Origin: Bilifractor sp.
GTDB taxonomy: Bacteria; Bacillota; Clostridia; Lachnospirales; Lachnospiraceae
Reading direction: 5' to 3'
Length of the DNA stretch: 64,000 nt
Assembly (NCBI GenBank): GCA_050944685.1
Contig: JBMNRP010000013.1
Coordinates: 496-64,495, forward strand
How positions within the stretch are numbered: position 1 is the stretch's first letter; every line of letters starts with the position of its first letter. Shown here piece by piece: positions 62,919 through 64,000 of this stretch. The notes beneath the pieces were generated by a model, which was given only the letters and a program-made list of their open reading frames with translations, was not told where the DNA came from and did not search any database. The position numbers were made by a program, and so were the translations under genes.

Positions 62919-64000
62919 TCAGATGATGTCCTCGCGCTTGATATATCCGGGGTGCTCCGGGGTTCCGATGAGTTCGTTGACGTGAAGCACTTCGGCCAGC
63001 TTGTCCACGATCTGGTAATCCACGTAGATTCCCTTTCCGATCACGGAGTGGGCCTGGATGATACTGTTTTTGACGACGGCCCCTTCCTCGATCACAACGC
63101 CGCGTCCGATGACGGAGTTTTCAACGGCTCCCTTGATAAGGCAACCGTTGGAAACCATGGAGTTCTTTACAGACGCGCCTTTGAAATAATGGGTCGGGCA
63201 GGAATCGGAGGTCACGGTGTAGATCGGCCAGTTGTCCTCGAACAGTTCCCGCGCGCGGTCGATGTCCAGCAGCTCCATGTTGGAGTCGTAATACGCCTTG
63301 TAGCTGGTCAGAGACTCGAAATACCCCCGGTGCGGAATTCCGCGGACATCGAGCTCGCTGCACTTGATATTGACGATATTTGACAGAGTGTAGACGGAGG
63401 AGAGCTTCGTCGCCTCGTGGATCAGGTCGATAAAGAGCTCGCGCTTCATTACATATGTGTCCATGAAAATATTGCGCTCTTTCGCGGTACCGTGATTGCG
63501 CTCGAGTGCCTCCACGCCCTTCTGGCGGTTGAGGTTCAGGTATTCGCACTCCAGGAATTTTTCCTTCGCGTTCCCTACATGGTGGTAGAGAAGAGAGATA
63601 TCCGCTCCGGAGGCGATGTGCTGATCCAGAAGATCCTTATAGCTCTGTGTGTAGACCATATAGCTCGGCGCGATGACCACGTAAGCGAACGGAAGACGCT
63701 CGATGATCGAGAGGTTTTCATTGATGGCCGCCACGTCCGTGTTGTAGATATCACTGGCAGAATTTGCTTCTGCAAACAGAACCTGGATATGACCGCGCTT
63801 GGAGTTGATGTTGTAGCTGCCCGCGCTGCGGATATGCTCCGTCAGGGAGCGGGGGTTTTCGCGCACATAGACCAGAATGCGGTCAATTCCGCTGTTGCTC
63901 ATATTGGAAATCGGGAAATCGATCACGCGGTATCTGCCGCCGAACGAGAACGCTCCGATCGGACGATATGTCTGAAGGCCCTCTACATGCACATAGTTTG
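62919..64000 (-). CDS. glgD: glucose-1-phosphate adenylyltransferase regulatory subunit GlgD (partial; N-terminus beyond right edge)
   Basis: RPIGAFSFGGRYRVIDFPISNMSNSGI lacks the GlgC GGxGxRL loop. C-terminal left-handed beta-helix repeats are present. The frame stays open to the window end (..NYVHVEG), so the ORF-track GTG at 63992 is probably internal. Confidence 0.85.
   Translation of the reverse strand, partial: NYVHVEGLQTYRPIGAFSFGGRYRVIDFPISNMSNSGIDRILVYVRENPRSLTEHIRSAGSYNINSKRGHIQVLFAEANSASDIYNTDVAAINENLSIIERLPFAYVVIAPSYMVYTQSYKDLLDQHIASGADISLLYHHVGNAKEKFLECEYLNLNRQKGVEALERNHGTAKERNIFMDTYVMKRELFIDLIHEATKLSSVYTLSNIVNIKCSELDVRGIPHRGYFESLTSYKAYYDSNMELLDIDRARELFEDNWPIYTVTSDSCPTHYFKGASVKNSMVSNGCLIKGAVENSVIGRGVVIEEGAVVKNSIIQAHSVIGKGIYVDYQIVDKLAEVLHVNELIGTPEHPGYIKREDII

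Noticed and set aside
1-64000. Window-wide search for mobile elements, prophage remnants, defence systems, toxin-antitoxin pairs, tRNA/rRNA genes and genomic-island boundaries.
   Set aside because: I recognised no integrase, transposase, recombinase, nuclease/helicase defence modules, terminal inverted repeats or tRNA-like cloverleaf sequences. AT-rich patches (13.0-13.3, 17.6-17.9, 33.6-33.9, 38.9-39.0, 58.2-58.4, 60.5-60.7 kb) all coincide with ordinary promoter-bearing intergenic regions.

Overview
This 64-kb chromosomal segment reads like core genome of a moderately GC-rich (judged by eye, not computed), strictly anaerobic Firmicute of the Clostridia type. Pointers are fabK-type FASII, PFOR, desulfoferrodoxin plus flavodiiron protein, membrane pyrophosphatase and LuxS. 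I can support about 48 protein-coding genes. I found no rRNA or tRNA, no CRISPR array, and no transposase, integrase or phage genes. Gene order: HAD-thiE-thiM (-) | esterase (+) | heterodimeric ABC exporter pair (-) | fprA, dfx, Gfo/Idh/MocA oxidoreductase (-) | membrane protein (+) | kinase-dead hybrid HK/receiver (-), divergent from a CheB-CheR-PAS-HK-REC megaprotein plus Hpt (+) | scrA-scrB-scrK sucrose genes (+) | DUF362 Fe-S protein and lipoprotein (-) | CbiE/CbiT-like protein plus NSS transporter (+) | beta-helix-like lipoprotein (+) | larE-larB-larC (+) | Ser/Thr kinase, 71-aa TM protein, 1040-aa surface protein (+) | acpP-accD-accA-fabH-fabK-fabD-fabG-fabF-marR (+) | nudC, luxS (-) | trkA-trkH, lactonase, PFOR (+) | GH13, yjbQ (-) | hppA, acyltransferase-3, repeat lipoprotein (+) | glgD (-, partial). 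Most of this is ordinary housekeeping. I see two best candidates for something undescribed. The first is the orphan phosphorelay at 11.3-17.6 kb, an active CheB-CheR hybrid kinase with a stand-alone Hpt and a divergently encoded hybrid kinase whose H, N and G boxes are all degenerate. The second is the translationally coupled kinase / small TM protein / giant surface protein operon at 33.9-38.9 kb. Secondary oddities are larEBC without larA, a CbiE/CbiT-like protein that has lost the SAM loop, a GH32 hydrolase with a 190-aa acidic tandem-repeat tail, and a FASII cluster lacking fabZ/accB/accC. All product calls come from motif recognition by eye on the supplied translations. No database search or folding was run, and none of the novelty claims is proven.
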